40,876 nucleotides of DNA from Candidatus Dormiibacterota bacterium (GTDB taxonomy: Bacteria; Chloroflexota; Dormibacteria; Aeolococcales; Aeolococcaceae), in the NCBI GenBank assembly GCA_003170875.1, contig PMYJ01000035.1, positions 1-40,876 on the forward strand, given 5' to 3'. This document shows, in pieces, positions 28,101 through 36,201 of the stretch; within the stretch, counting starts at the first letter, position 1; each line of letters begins with the position of its first letter. A model generated the notes under the pieces. That model searched no databases and had not been told where the DNA came from. It saw only the letters and a list, made by a program, of their open reading frames with translations. A program made the position numbers and the translations under genes.

Positions 28101-29558
28101 ATGAGCGAAAAGTTGGCGGAGCGCGGCGGCACGATCCGGTCCGAGCTGGAGCCCAACGTCATGAGCCTGCCGGGCGTCTTCATGCAGGGCATCGCGAATA
28201 TCTCGCCGGCCTTCTCCCAGCTGGCGACGTTCACCTCCATCATCGCCCTGGCGGCGATCGTGGCCCCGGTGGCCTTCCTGCTCGCTGGAGTTGCCCTTGT
28301 TGTGCAGGCCTACGTCACCGGACAGATCGCCCGCGAGTTCCCCTCGGCCGGAGGCTGGTACACGTGGGTCGCCCGCACCCTGCACCCCGGCGCCGGCTTC
28401 TTCGCCGGCTGGGTGCTGCTGCTCTGGTGGCCCGCCTGCGGGACGATGGTTCTCGGCTACCTGGGCGCTGTCGTGCTGCAACCGGGCATCCAGGCCTACT
28501 ACGGCGTCGACATCCCCTGGTGGATCTACCCCGTTGCCGGCGTCGCCCTGTCGGCCTTCCTCTCCTATCGCGGCATGCGGATCTCGCAGAGCGTGCTGCT
28601 GATCACCGGGGGCATCGAGGTCGTGATCATGGTGGCGCTGGCAGCCTCGGGGATCGTCAGCCCGGGCAAGGGAGGCTTCACGCTCGCACCTCTGAATGTG
28701 GCGAACTTCGGCAAGGCACCCGATGTGTTCCTGGCCATCACCTTCGCCGTCTTCGCCTTCAGCGGCTGGGAGACGATCGGCCCGGTGGCCGAGGAGACCA
28801 AGCATCCCCGCCGCTACATACCGCTCGCCCTGGTCGGCTCCATCCTCTTCATGATGGTCTTCGAGCTTTTCGTGACCTACGGCAACGTGCTCGGCGTCGG
28901 GGTGTCCAACCTCAACAGCGCCGCGACCGCGGTGACGTGGCCGATCGCCACCATGGCCCAGCGGCTCTGGGGTGAGGGCTGGCTGTTGCTGCTCTTCGCC
29001 CTGATGAACTCCGGGATTGCCAACAGCCTCAGCGCCTTCAACGCCGGTACTCGCCTCTTCTTCAGCATGGGCCGCTCCGGTGTGTTCCCCGCGGCGCTGG
29101 GCGTGGTGTCCCCACGGCGGCGCACGCCAAACAACGCCATCCACACCCAGGTCGCGGTCTCGATCTTGGCACTCGTGCTGATGGCGATCTTCGGGGCCGT
29201 CAACGTCTTCCTCACCTGGGCGATCACCTTCACGTTTGGCCTGATCATCATGTACATCCTCGCCGACCTCGGGGCGATGCGCTACTACCTCGGCGAGGCG
29301 CGTGACCGGTTCAACGTCCTGAAGCACGTGGTGGCCCCGATCGCCGCCATCGTCGCGGTCGGCTACGTGTTCTACAAGTCGGCGGTCCCGCTCCCTGCTC
29401 CGCCCGAGCAGTGGTCCCCGGTCGTCCTGATCGTCTACTTCGTTGTCGGCGGCTGCCTCATGGTCGGCCTGCACTTCACCGGTCGCGGCGACTGGATGAG
29501 GAAGGCGGAGCTGGCGATGGAGGAGGAGCCGGAGAAGGTGGCCGCATCAGGTGCCTGA
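28101..29558 (+). CDS. APC family amino acid/polyamine permease
   Basis: ~12 TM; FPSAGGWY, FAFSGWE, AEETKHPRR, RLFFSMGR.G.FP, TP.NA. Confidence 0.92.
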   Translation: MSEKLAERGGTIRSELEPNVMSLPGVFMQGIANISPAFSQLATFTSIIALAAIVAPVAFLLAGVALVVQAYVTGQIAREFPSAGGWYTWVARTLHPGAGFFAGWVLLLWWPACGTMVLGYLGAVVLQPGIQAYYGVDIPWWIYPVAGVALSAFLSYRGMRISQSVLLITGGIEVVIMVALAASGIVSPGKGGFTLAPLNVANFGKAPDVFLAITFAVFAFSGWETIGPVAEETKHPRRYIPLALVGSILFMMVFELFVTYGNVLGVGVSNLNSAATAVTWPIATMAQRLWGEGWLLLLFALMNSGIANSLSAFNAGTRLFFSMGRSGVFPAALGVVSPRRRTPNNAIHTQVAVSILALVLMAIFGAVNVFLTWAITFTFGLIIMYILADLGAMRYYLGEARDRFNVLKHVVAPIAAIVAVGYVFYKSAVPLPAPPEQWSPVVLIVYFVVGGCLMVGLHFTGRGDWMRKAELAMEEEPEKVAASGA

Positions 29559-29697
29559 GGGCCTGGCGCCGAACAAGAACAGCTGACGGTGGCAAATCCT
29601 CCCCTCGAGCCGCACCGGAGACCCCCGAGGAGGTCGAGCAACTCAGACCCAACGGGTCTGAGCCGGGATTCCACATACCGATCGGAGGTCTAAGGAG

Positions 29698-30465
29698 ATG
29701 GAACGTCGTTTCGTCGGCAAGGTGGCCCTAGTGACCGGGGCCACCAACGGCATCGGTCAGGCCGCAGCGGTCCGACTGGCCGCCGAGGGAGCCATCGTCG
29801 GTGTCAACCAGCGCCCCACCGGGGATCCCACCGAAACCCTCAGACGGATCAAGGAGGCTGGGGGTGAGGGCTTCCCTGTGGTCGCCGACATGCGAGACCC
29901 CGCTCAGATCATCACAATGGTCGCCGAGGTGGCCCATCGGGGCGGCAGGCTCGACTACCTCGTCTCCAACGCGGCCATCAACCCCTTCATGAAATGGGAC
30001 GAGACCACACTCGAGGATTTCAACGCGCTTTCCGAGACCAACTTCCGGGGCACCTGGGTGGTCTGCACTGAGGCGGCCAAGGAGATGGTCCGAGAGGGTC
30101 ATGGCGGGGCGATCTGCTGCGTCAGCTCGATCTCGGCGCATGTGGGCGCACCTGGCCAGACCGCCTACTGCGGCACCAAGGGAGCGATCAGCATGCTCGC
30201 AAAGGCCCTCGGTGCGGACCTGGGCCAGCATGACATCCGGGTCAACGTGGTGGAGCCCGGCTGCATCGACACCAAGATGGCGGCACCACTGGTCAACGAC
30301 CCGGTCGCCCTCAAGTATTACAACGAGCGAATCGCCCTGCACCGGGTGGGCCGACCCGAGGAGATCGCCAGCGTGATCGCTTTCATGCTCACCGAAGATG
30401 CCAGCTACGTCACCTCCGCCGCGCTGCTGGTGGATGCCGGCTTCATAGTCAACGCGGAGTTGTGA
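29698..30465 (+). CDS. SDR family oxidoreductase
   Basis: TGATNGIG, SNAA, SSIS, YCGTK, IRVN.V.PG; AAGGAG RBS. Confidence 0.93.
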   Translation: MERRFVGKVALVTGATNGIGQAAAVRLAAEGAIVGVNQRPTGDPTETLRRIKEAGGEGFPVVADMRDPAQIITMVAEVAHRGGRLDYLVSNAAINPFMKWDETTLEDFNALSETNFRGTWVVCTEAAKEMVREGHGGAICCVSSISAHVGAPGQTAYCGTKGAISMLAKALGADLGQHDIRVNVVEPGCIDTKMAAPLVNDPVALKYYNERIALHRVGRPEEIASVIAFMLTEDASYVTSAALLVDAGFIVNAEL

Positions 30466-30502
30466 GCCGCATGGCGCGACCCCGTAGCGCCAGGGGGTGT
30501 CG

Positions 30503-31960
30503 GTGAGCCTCATCGGGATCGACCTCGGCACCAGCGCGATCAAGGTCGCCGCCTACGCGGTGGACGGTACCCTCTTGGCCGAGGCTCGCCAGGCCGTCCC
30601 CGCCCACCGGCCCCAGCCCGGTTACTGGGAGGTCGACGTCGGCGAATCGCTGACCGCCTTCCGCGAGGCGTTGACCACCGTCGCCAACCACCCGAGAGTG
30701 CGCGCCGACCCACCGCGAGCGATCTCCTTCAGCTCGTCTGGAAGGGAGATCTTCCCCACCGCGAGTGACGGCGCACCTCTCGGGCCCTGCCTGATGACGG
30801 CTGACGTCCGCGGCGATGACGTGGCGGCGAGGACGGCTGCCCGGCGCAGCACCGAAGAGTGGTTTCGTCTCGCCGGACACGTGCCCGGGCGGATGGATCC
30901 CGTGAATCGCATTCTCTGGTGGCAGGAGACCAATCGTGAGGCTGTGGCGTCAGCCCGGTGGTTCATGAATTGGCACGACTTCTACGCGCTGCTCCTGAGT
31001 GGCGTTCCCGTCGCCGACGCCAGCGGCGCCGGGGCATGGGCCGTCTACGATCTCAGCTCGAAGACATGGTCGGCAGACCTGGTTGCCGAGGTCGGCCTGG
31101 ATCCGCAGTGGCTCCCGCTCATCCAACCCAGTGCCAGTCCGATTGCACCGGTAACCCCCGCGGCCGCACGGGAATTTGGCCTTCCTGAGGACACTCTGAT
31201 CGTGACCGGGGCCTGGGACTTCTGCGCCGCCGCCCTGGGGACCGGGGCCGTCGACGCCCGCACCGTGGCCCTTGCCTCCGGTTCGTGGCATTCCTTCCTC
31301 CTCCCCGTCCCGTCAGGTTGGAAGGAGGATCTGGTCGACGAGGGGATCGCCGCGATCCCTCACCCCGGTCCCCTCGGCTTTGCACTCGCCAGTTTCGATC
31401 CCAATGGCATGAGCGTCATCGACTGGGCTCGTGACTTGCTCGGGCTCAGCCATCGCGAGCTCGAAGAAGGGCTTAAGGGCTGCGGCCCCGGTCCCGGCCC
31501 GATCTTCGCCGAGCCCACCTTCACCCCACTCCCTCACGTCCCCGCCACGGGCCGTGGCGGGTTGCTCTCGGGTCTGTGTCTGTCCAGCAGCAAGGTGGAC
31601 GTGGTGAGGGCTCTCCTGGAGGGAATCGCCTGCGACTTCTCGCTGGCGCTGGACAGGCTTCACCGTCATGGCTGCTCTCCTCAGGTCATCCGAGCCTCGG
31701 GGGGTGGCGCCGGCTCGGCGTGGTTCATGCAGCTGCACGCCGACCTCACCGGCCTCCCCGTCGAGGTCGTGAGCCAGGGCGAGCCGGGGGCCTTTGGCGC
31801 CGCTCTGATGGCTGGCGTGGGATGCGGCGCGTACTCCGATCTGACGACGGCCATCGACCGCCTGGTGGTCGTGTCCCGCCGCTTCGAGCCGGACCCGGAG
31901 CGCGGCCGGCGCTTCGATCCGATCCGCACCAGGCTGGCCACGGCCGGCATGGGAAGATGA
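30503..31960 (+). CDS. FGGY family carbohydrate kinase
   Basis: IGIDLGTSAIK, GAWD, RALLEGIA, SGGGA, Q..AD..G.PV, GAFGAA. Confidence 0.9.
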   Translation: MSLIGIDLGTSAIKVAAYAVDGTLLAEARQAVPAHRPQPGYWEVDVGESLTAFREALTTVANHPRVRADPPRAISFSSSGREIFPTASDGAPLGPCLMTADVRGDDVAARTAARRSTEEWFRLAGHVPGRMDPVNRILWWQETNREAVASARWFMNWHDFYALLLSGVPVADASGAGAWAVYDLSSKTWSADLVAEVGLDPQWLPLIQPSASPIAPVTPAAAREFGLPEDTLIVTGAWDFCAAALGTGAVDARTVALASGSWHSFLLPVPSGWKEDLVDEGIAAIPHPGPLGFALASFDPNGMSVIDWARDLLGLSHRELEEGLKGCGPGPGPIFAEPTFTPLPHVPATGRGGLLSGLCLSSSKVDVVRALLEGIACDFSLALDRLHRHGCSPQVIRASGGGAGSAWFMQLHADLTGLPVEVVSQGEPGAFGAALMAGVGCGAYSDLTTAIDRLVVVSRRFEPDPERGRRFDPIRTRLATAGMGR

Positions 31961-33054
31961 GAAGAGTGATCCACGCACCCTCGCCGACCGTCGAGATCGA
32001 GACCCAGCGGACCTTCTCAACTCCCGCTCTGGTGGTCGACCTCGACACCTTCGAGCGAAACGTGAGGGCGATGTCCGAGCTGCTCGAGGGCACGGGCAAG
32101 AGCGTCCGCCCCCACGTCAAGACCCATCGCACTCCGGAGCTCGCCAGGCGTCAGCTGGGTGGTTCGGCTCGAGGGGTCACCTGCGCGACCGTCGGCGAGG
32201 CCGAGGTCATGGTCGCGGCGGGGATCACCGACGTGCTGCTGGCCAACGAGCTGGTCGACCCCCTCAAGATGGACCGGCTGGTCGGGCTGGCTCATGAGGC
32301 CGCCGTGACCGTTGCGGCCGATGATCCCGAGCCGGTCACGTCGCTCTCCACTCGAGCGGCGCGGGCCGGAGTGACCGTCGGGGTGCTCATCGACGTGGAC
32401 GTCCTCCTTCATCGCTGCGGCGTCGCCTCGGCGGCGGAGGTGCTGCAGATGGCAGCGGTCATCGACCGATCGCCGGGCCTCCGGCTGGATGGGCTGATGG
32501 GCTATGAAGGCCGTCTGCGCCCTGGCGTCCAGGACCGCCAGGCCAAGATTGGCCGCGCCTACGCCCTGCTGGCGGAAACCCGCGACGCGCTCCTCCGTGC
32601 CGGTTTCGCGGTTGAGAGAGTCTCGGCTGCGGGAACGTCGACGTTGTTGGAGGCCCTGACCGATCCCACCATCACAGAGATCCAAGCCGGTGTCTACGCC
32701 CTGATGGAGCCGGAGTTGCTCGGCATGGGCCTCCCCTTCAGCTGCGCCGCGGCGATCCGCGGCACGGTGATCAGCCGGCACGATGATCGCTTCGTCCTGG
32801 ACATTGGTCGCCGGGTGGTGGGGGTGGAGTATGGCCCGCCGCTCAGCGCCGGCTTCGAGGTGACCAGCATCACCTTGGGGGACGAGCACACCATCGTCAC
32901 CGCCGAGGGGCCGCCACCGGCGCTCGGCGCCGAGCTGGACTTCATTCCCGGCCAGATCCGGACCACCTTCAACCTCCACGATCACGTGTGGGTGAGCCGT
33001 GGCGGCGAGCTGATCGACTGCTGGCCGATCTCGGCGCGGGGCAGCTCACAGTGA
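31957..33054 (+). CDS. D-threonine aldolase / DSD1-like fold-type III PLP enzyme
   Basis: TPALVVD, RPHVKTHR (PLP Lys), HRCGV, GLMGYEG, TEIQAGVY, GDEH; ATGA coupling to the kinase. Confidence 0.88.
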   Translation: MRRVIHAPSPTVEIETQRTFSTPALVVDLDTFERNVRAMSELLEGTGKSVRPHVKTHRTPELARRQLGGSARGVTCATVGEAEVMVAAGITDVLLANELVDPLKMDRLVGLAHEAAVTVAADDPEPVTSLSTRAARAGVTVGVLIDVDVLLHRCGVASAAEVLQMAAVIDRSPGLRLDGLMGYEGRLRPGVQDRQAKIGRAYALLAETRDALLRAGFAVERVSAAGTSTLLEALTDPTITEIQAGVYALMEPELLGMGLPFSCAAAIRGTVISRHDDRFVLDIGRRVVGVEYGPPLSAGFEVTSITLGDEHTIVTAEGPPPALGAELDFIPGQIRTTFNLHDHVWVSRGGELIDCWPISARGSSQ

Positions 33055-33178
33055 CGGCGGGTGGCGTGGACGCTGTGCTCGTCCGCTCCGCTGGTATGGC
33101 GGGTGGGAGGCTCCCTTTCCGGCCCTACATTGGGTGCCACCCGGATTGCCGCCGCTCGGGAATTCATGGGAGGTCCAG

Positions 33179-34147
33179 ATGAGTGAGCCACAGAGCCCGA
33201 CACCGGGCAGCCTCGTCTCCCACGAGGAGTTCGACCAGATCTTCGAGGCGGTCAAGAACTGGGGCAGGTGGGGGCCCGACGACCAGCTGGGCACCCTGAA
33301 CTACATCACCCCGGAGAGGATCAGCACTGCCGCCGGCCTGGTGAAGTCTGGCCGCCGGGTGTCCATGGCCCTGCCGGTCAACAAGGTGGCCGGCCCCGAC
33401 AACCCCAACCCGGCGGTCCACTTCGTGAGCCAGGGGCATGACGTCGACATCAAGTCGGGCGGGGTGCGCTTCGGCATGGACTACCTGGGCATGGCCTGCC
33501 ATGGCGACTCGCACACTCACGTCGATGCGCTCTGCCACATCTCCTACCGGGGTCTGGTCTACAACGGCCAGCCGGCAGGTGCGGTCCTCACGTCGCAGGG
33601 GGCCACCTCGCTGGACGTGGCCGCCTATTGCCGCGGCGTGGTCGGGCGTGGGGTGCTCCTGGACGTCCCCCGCCATCGCGGAGTCAAGTGGCTGGAGCCG
33701 GGGGAGGCGGTCACCCGGGGGGAGCTCGAGGAGATCGAGCAGGCCGAAGGGGTGCGACTCGGCGAGGGTGACATCCTGGTGTTCCGGACCGGGCACAACC
33801 GGCGCCGCCTGGAGCTCGGTCCCTGGAGCAACGACGCGCCCCCGCGCGGCGAGGGCAAGGCCGGTCTCCATGTCAACACCATCCCCTGGATGCACGAGCG
33901 CCGGATCGCCGCCTTCCTGCCCGACGGCGACGGTGAGGCCATCCCCAGCTCGGTGGAGGGCATCGTCTACCCGATCCATCCACTCCAGATCGTGGCCATG
34001 GGCATGCTGGCCTCCGATAGCCTGGACCTGGAGGAGGTCGCCGCCGCCTGCGCGGAGGAAGGGCGCTTCGAGTTCATGGTGGTCGGCCTTCCCCTGCGTC
34101 TGGGGGGCGGCACCGGCTCGCCTTGGAACCCCATCGCCCTCTTCTAG
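33179..34147 (+). CDS. Cyclase-family (kynurenine formamidase-like) metal hydrolase
   Basis: NWGRWGPDDQLGTLN, HGDSHTHVDALCH, GRGVLLD, GGTGSPWNP; GGAGG RBS. Confidence 0.9.
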   Translation: MSEPQSPTPGSLVSHEEFDQIFEAVKNWGRWGPDDQLGTLNYITPERISTAAGLVKSGRRVSMALPVNKVAGPDNPNPAVHFVSQGHDVDIKSGGVRFGMDYLGMACHGDSHTHVDALCHISYRGLVYNGQPAGAVLTSQGATSLDVAAYCRGVVGRGVLLDVPRHRGVKWLEPGEAVTRGELEEIEQAEGVRLGEGDILVFRTGHNRRRLELGPWSNDAPPRGEGKAGLHVNTIPWMHERRIAAFLPDGDGEAIPSSVEGIVYPIHPLQIVAMGMLASDSLDLEEVAAACAEEGRFEFMVVGLPLRLGGGTGSPWNPIALF

Positions 34148-34153
34148 AGCGAC

Positions 34154-35200
34154 ATGGCCGCTGACGAGAACATGACCAACCGGCCCCGGCCGGCGGACGC
34201 AGCCGGCCAGGAGGCGGACGGGGTCGACCGGGGCGCGGTTCGCCGAGCTCGAGACAGGCGGGCAGCTCCTCCGGCTCACGTCCACCTCCGTCCCCGAGCC
34301 GTGGCCGATCTCGTCCCCATCCTGGCCCGACGCTTCCTCGGCGAGCTGGAGCCGGGCTCCCCCATGCCGACGGTGCGGAGCCTGGCGGTCCAGCTCCACT
34401 CCAGCCTGGCCTCGATCCACGTGGCCATCACCCGGCTGGAGGAGGCGGGGGCCATCGAGTTCGAGACCCGCGGTCGGGCCGGCGCCCTCCTGGTGGACCG
34501 CTCGCTGGGCTCGCTGTGGTCGATCGCCGAGGGCGGGCCGCTGGTCGTTGCCATGCCGCTGGCCTCGTCGGAGCGCTACGAGGCGCTCGCCACCGCGCTC
34601 AAGCAGGTGATGACGGAAGCCGGGCTCGACGTCTTCTTCATCTTCGTGCGCGGCTCGCGGCAGCGGCTGCAGGCGATGCACGACGGTCGCTGCCACCTGG
34701 CGGTGATGTCGAGCTTCGCCGCCGGCGAGGTGTGCGGCCCGGATGAGGCGGTGGTGGCCGAGCTTCTGCCTCTCTCCTACAACACCGGGCACCGGGTCTT
34801 CTTCGTGGCCGGCCGGGAACCGGCGGTGCCGCTCCGGGTAATCATCGACCGCTCCTCGGCCGACCAGCAGCTGCTCACTCGCATCGAGTTCGCCGATCCG
34901 CAGGTGCGCCTCGTCCCGGCCATGTACTCTCAGATCGTCCGGCTGCTGGAGACCGGGGCGGCGGACGCGGCGGTGTGGACCGTCGACGAGATGGATGCTC
35001 GGCGCTCGCCGGCGCTCACGGGCCGGCCCATGTCGGAGATGGCGCAGCGGCGGGTCGGCGACCGCGACACCCGGGCCACCCTGGTCGGTGCCGCCGTCGA
35101 CGCCGCGGCGCTCCGCGCCCTGGCCTCGGTGCTCATCCCGGAGCGCGTCGAGGCCATCCAGCACGACGTCATGTCGGGCAGGCTGGTGGCGGAATACTAG
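34154..35200 (+). CDS. yhfZ: YhfZ-family regulator (wHTH plus YhfZ C-terminal domain)
   Basis: MPTVR..A wHTH; AMPLASSERYEALATALK, RGSRQR, AVMSSFAA, DRSSADQ and a terminal ..Y resemble E. coli YhfZ as recalled. Confidence 0.78.
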   Translation: MAADENMTNRPRPADAAGQEADGVDRGAVRRARDRRAAPPAHVHLRPRAVADLVPILARRFLGELEPGSPMPTVRSLAVQLHSSLASIHVAITRLEEAGAIEFETRGRAGALLVDRSLGSLWSIAEGGPLVVAMPLASSERYEALATALKQVMTEAGLDVFFIFVRGSRQRLQAMHDGRCHLAVMSSFAAGEVCGPDEAVVAELLPLSYNTGHRVFFVAGREPAVPLRVIIDRSSADQQLLTRIEFADPQVRLVPAMYSQIVRLLETGAADAAVWTVDEMDARRSPALTGRPMSEMAQRRVGDRDTRATLVGAAVDAAALRALASVLIPERVEAIQHDVMSGRLVAEY

Positions 35201-35265
35201 CCGTGCCCACGCGGCATCGCCCTGCCCCTGGCCTCCTCCCAGCGCCACGAGGCTCTCGCGTCGTG

Positions 35266-36201
35266 ATGGACGTTGACGTGGCGCTCGTTCCCGCTCAGGC
35301 GGACTCGTGGGGGCCGAGAGTGTGTGTGATGGTCGACGAGCTTCGCGCCAGTTCGACGCTCACCACGCTGCTCGATCTCGGCTGCCCGGGCGTCCTGGTC
35401 ACCGCCAGTCTCAGCGAAGGACGCCGCCTCGCCAGGGAACGCGGCAGCCTGCTCGCCGGAGAGCGCAAGGGCCAAACCCCGCGCGGGTTCGACGCGAACA
35501 ACTCACCGACCCAGCTCCGGGGGATGGGCGTGGGGGGTCGTGAGGTGATCCTCTGCACCACCAATGGAACCGCGGTGCTGAGCCGGTTGCGCCGCATGCC
35601 CTCGGTGCTCGTCGGGTGCCTGCTCAATGCCCGTGCCACCGCGGAGGTGGCCCTCCGCCTGGCCGATCGTCGCCACACAGGGATCGGGATCGTCTGCGCC
35701 GGCCAGCGTGGCCGCTTCGCGCTCGATGACACGGTCGCCTCGGGCCTGATCGTGGAGCACCTGCTCGCCGCCGCCAGCAGGCAGGGTCGGGAGTGCCGCT
35801 TGACCGACGCCGCCCACGCCGCCGTGCGCCTCCGGGCAGCACAGCCGGATGACCTCACGGCACTTCGCGAGTCGGGCAGCGGGCGTCAGCTGGCCGCCCT
35901 GGGGGCTGGTGCCGACATCGAGTTCTGCAGCCGGGCCGACAGCACCGCGACAGTCCCGTTTCTACGGCCCGGGGATGTTCTCACCATCGCTGTCTTCGAG
36001 GATGGCGGTGACGGCGATGGCCCGGCCGGGCGCCTCGCTGGTCGAGGCGCGCCCGGACCGCCGTCGACGGAGGTCCCGCCGGGAGCCGCGGACCGCCGCA
36101 GGCCCGATCCATCTGGGGCGGAGGCCCACTCAGACTCGTCTCAGCCGGGCTCGCGCGGGCCCGTGAGCCCCGGGAGAGCCCGTTACCGGAGGTCCCCATG
36201 A
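35266..36201 (+). CDS. comB: 2-phosphosulfolactate phosphatase (ComB) family
   Basis: VDELRASST, GERKG..P.GFD..NSP, TTNGT, VCAG, DD..A.G; long low-complexity C-tail. Confidence 0.85.
   Translation: MDVDVALVPAQADSWGPRVCVMVDELRASSTLTTLLDLGCPGVLVTASLSEGRRLARERGSLLAGERKGQTPRGFDANNSPTQLRGMGVGGREVILCTTNGTAVLSRLRRMPSVLVGCLLNARATAEVALRLADRRHTGIGIVCAGQRGRFALDDTVASGLIVEHLLAAASRQGRECRLTDAAHAAVRLRAAQPDDLTALRESGSGRQLAALGAGADIEFCSRADSTATVPFLRPGDVLTIAVFEDGGDGDGPAGRLAGRGAPGPPSTEVPPGAADRRRPDPSGAEAHSDSSQPGSRGPVSPGRARYRRSP

Noticed and set aside
35266-36201. Coenzyme M biosynthesis
   Set aside because: ComB is alone; no comA, comC or comDE in the window.
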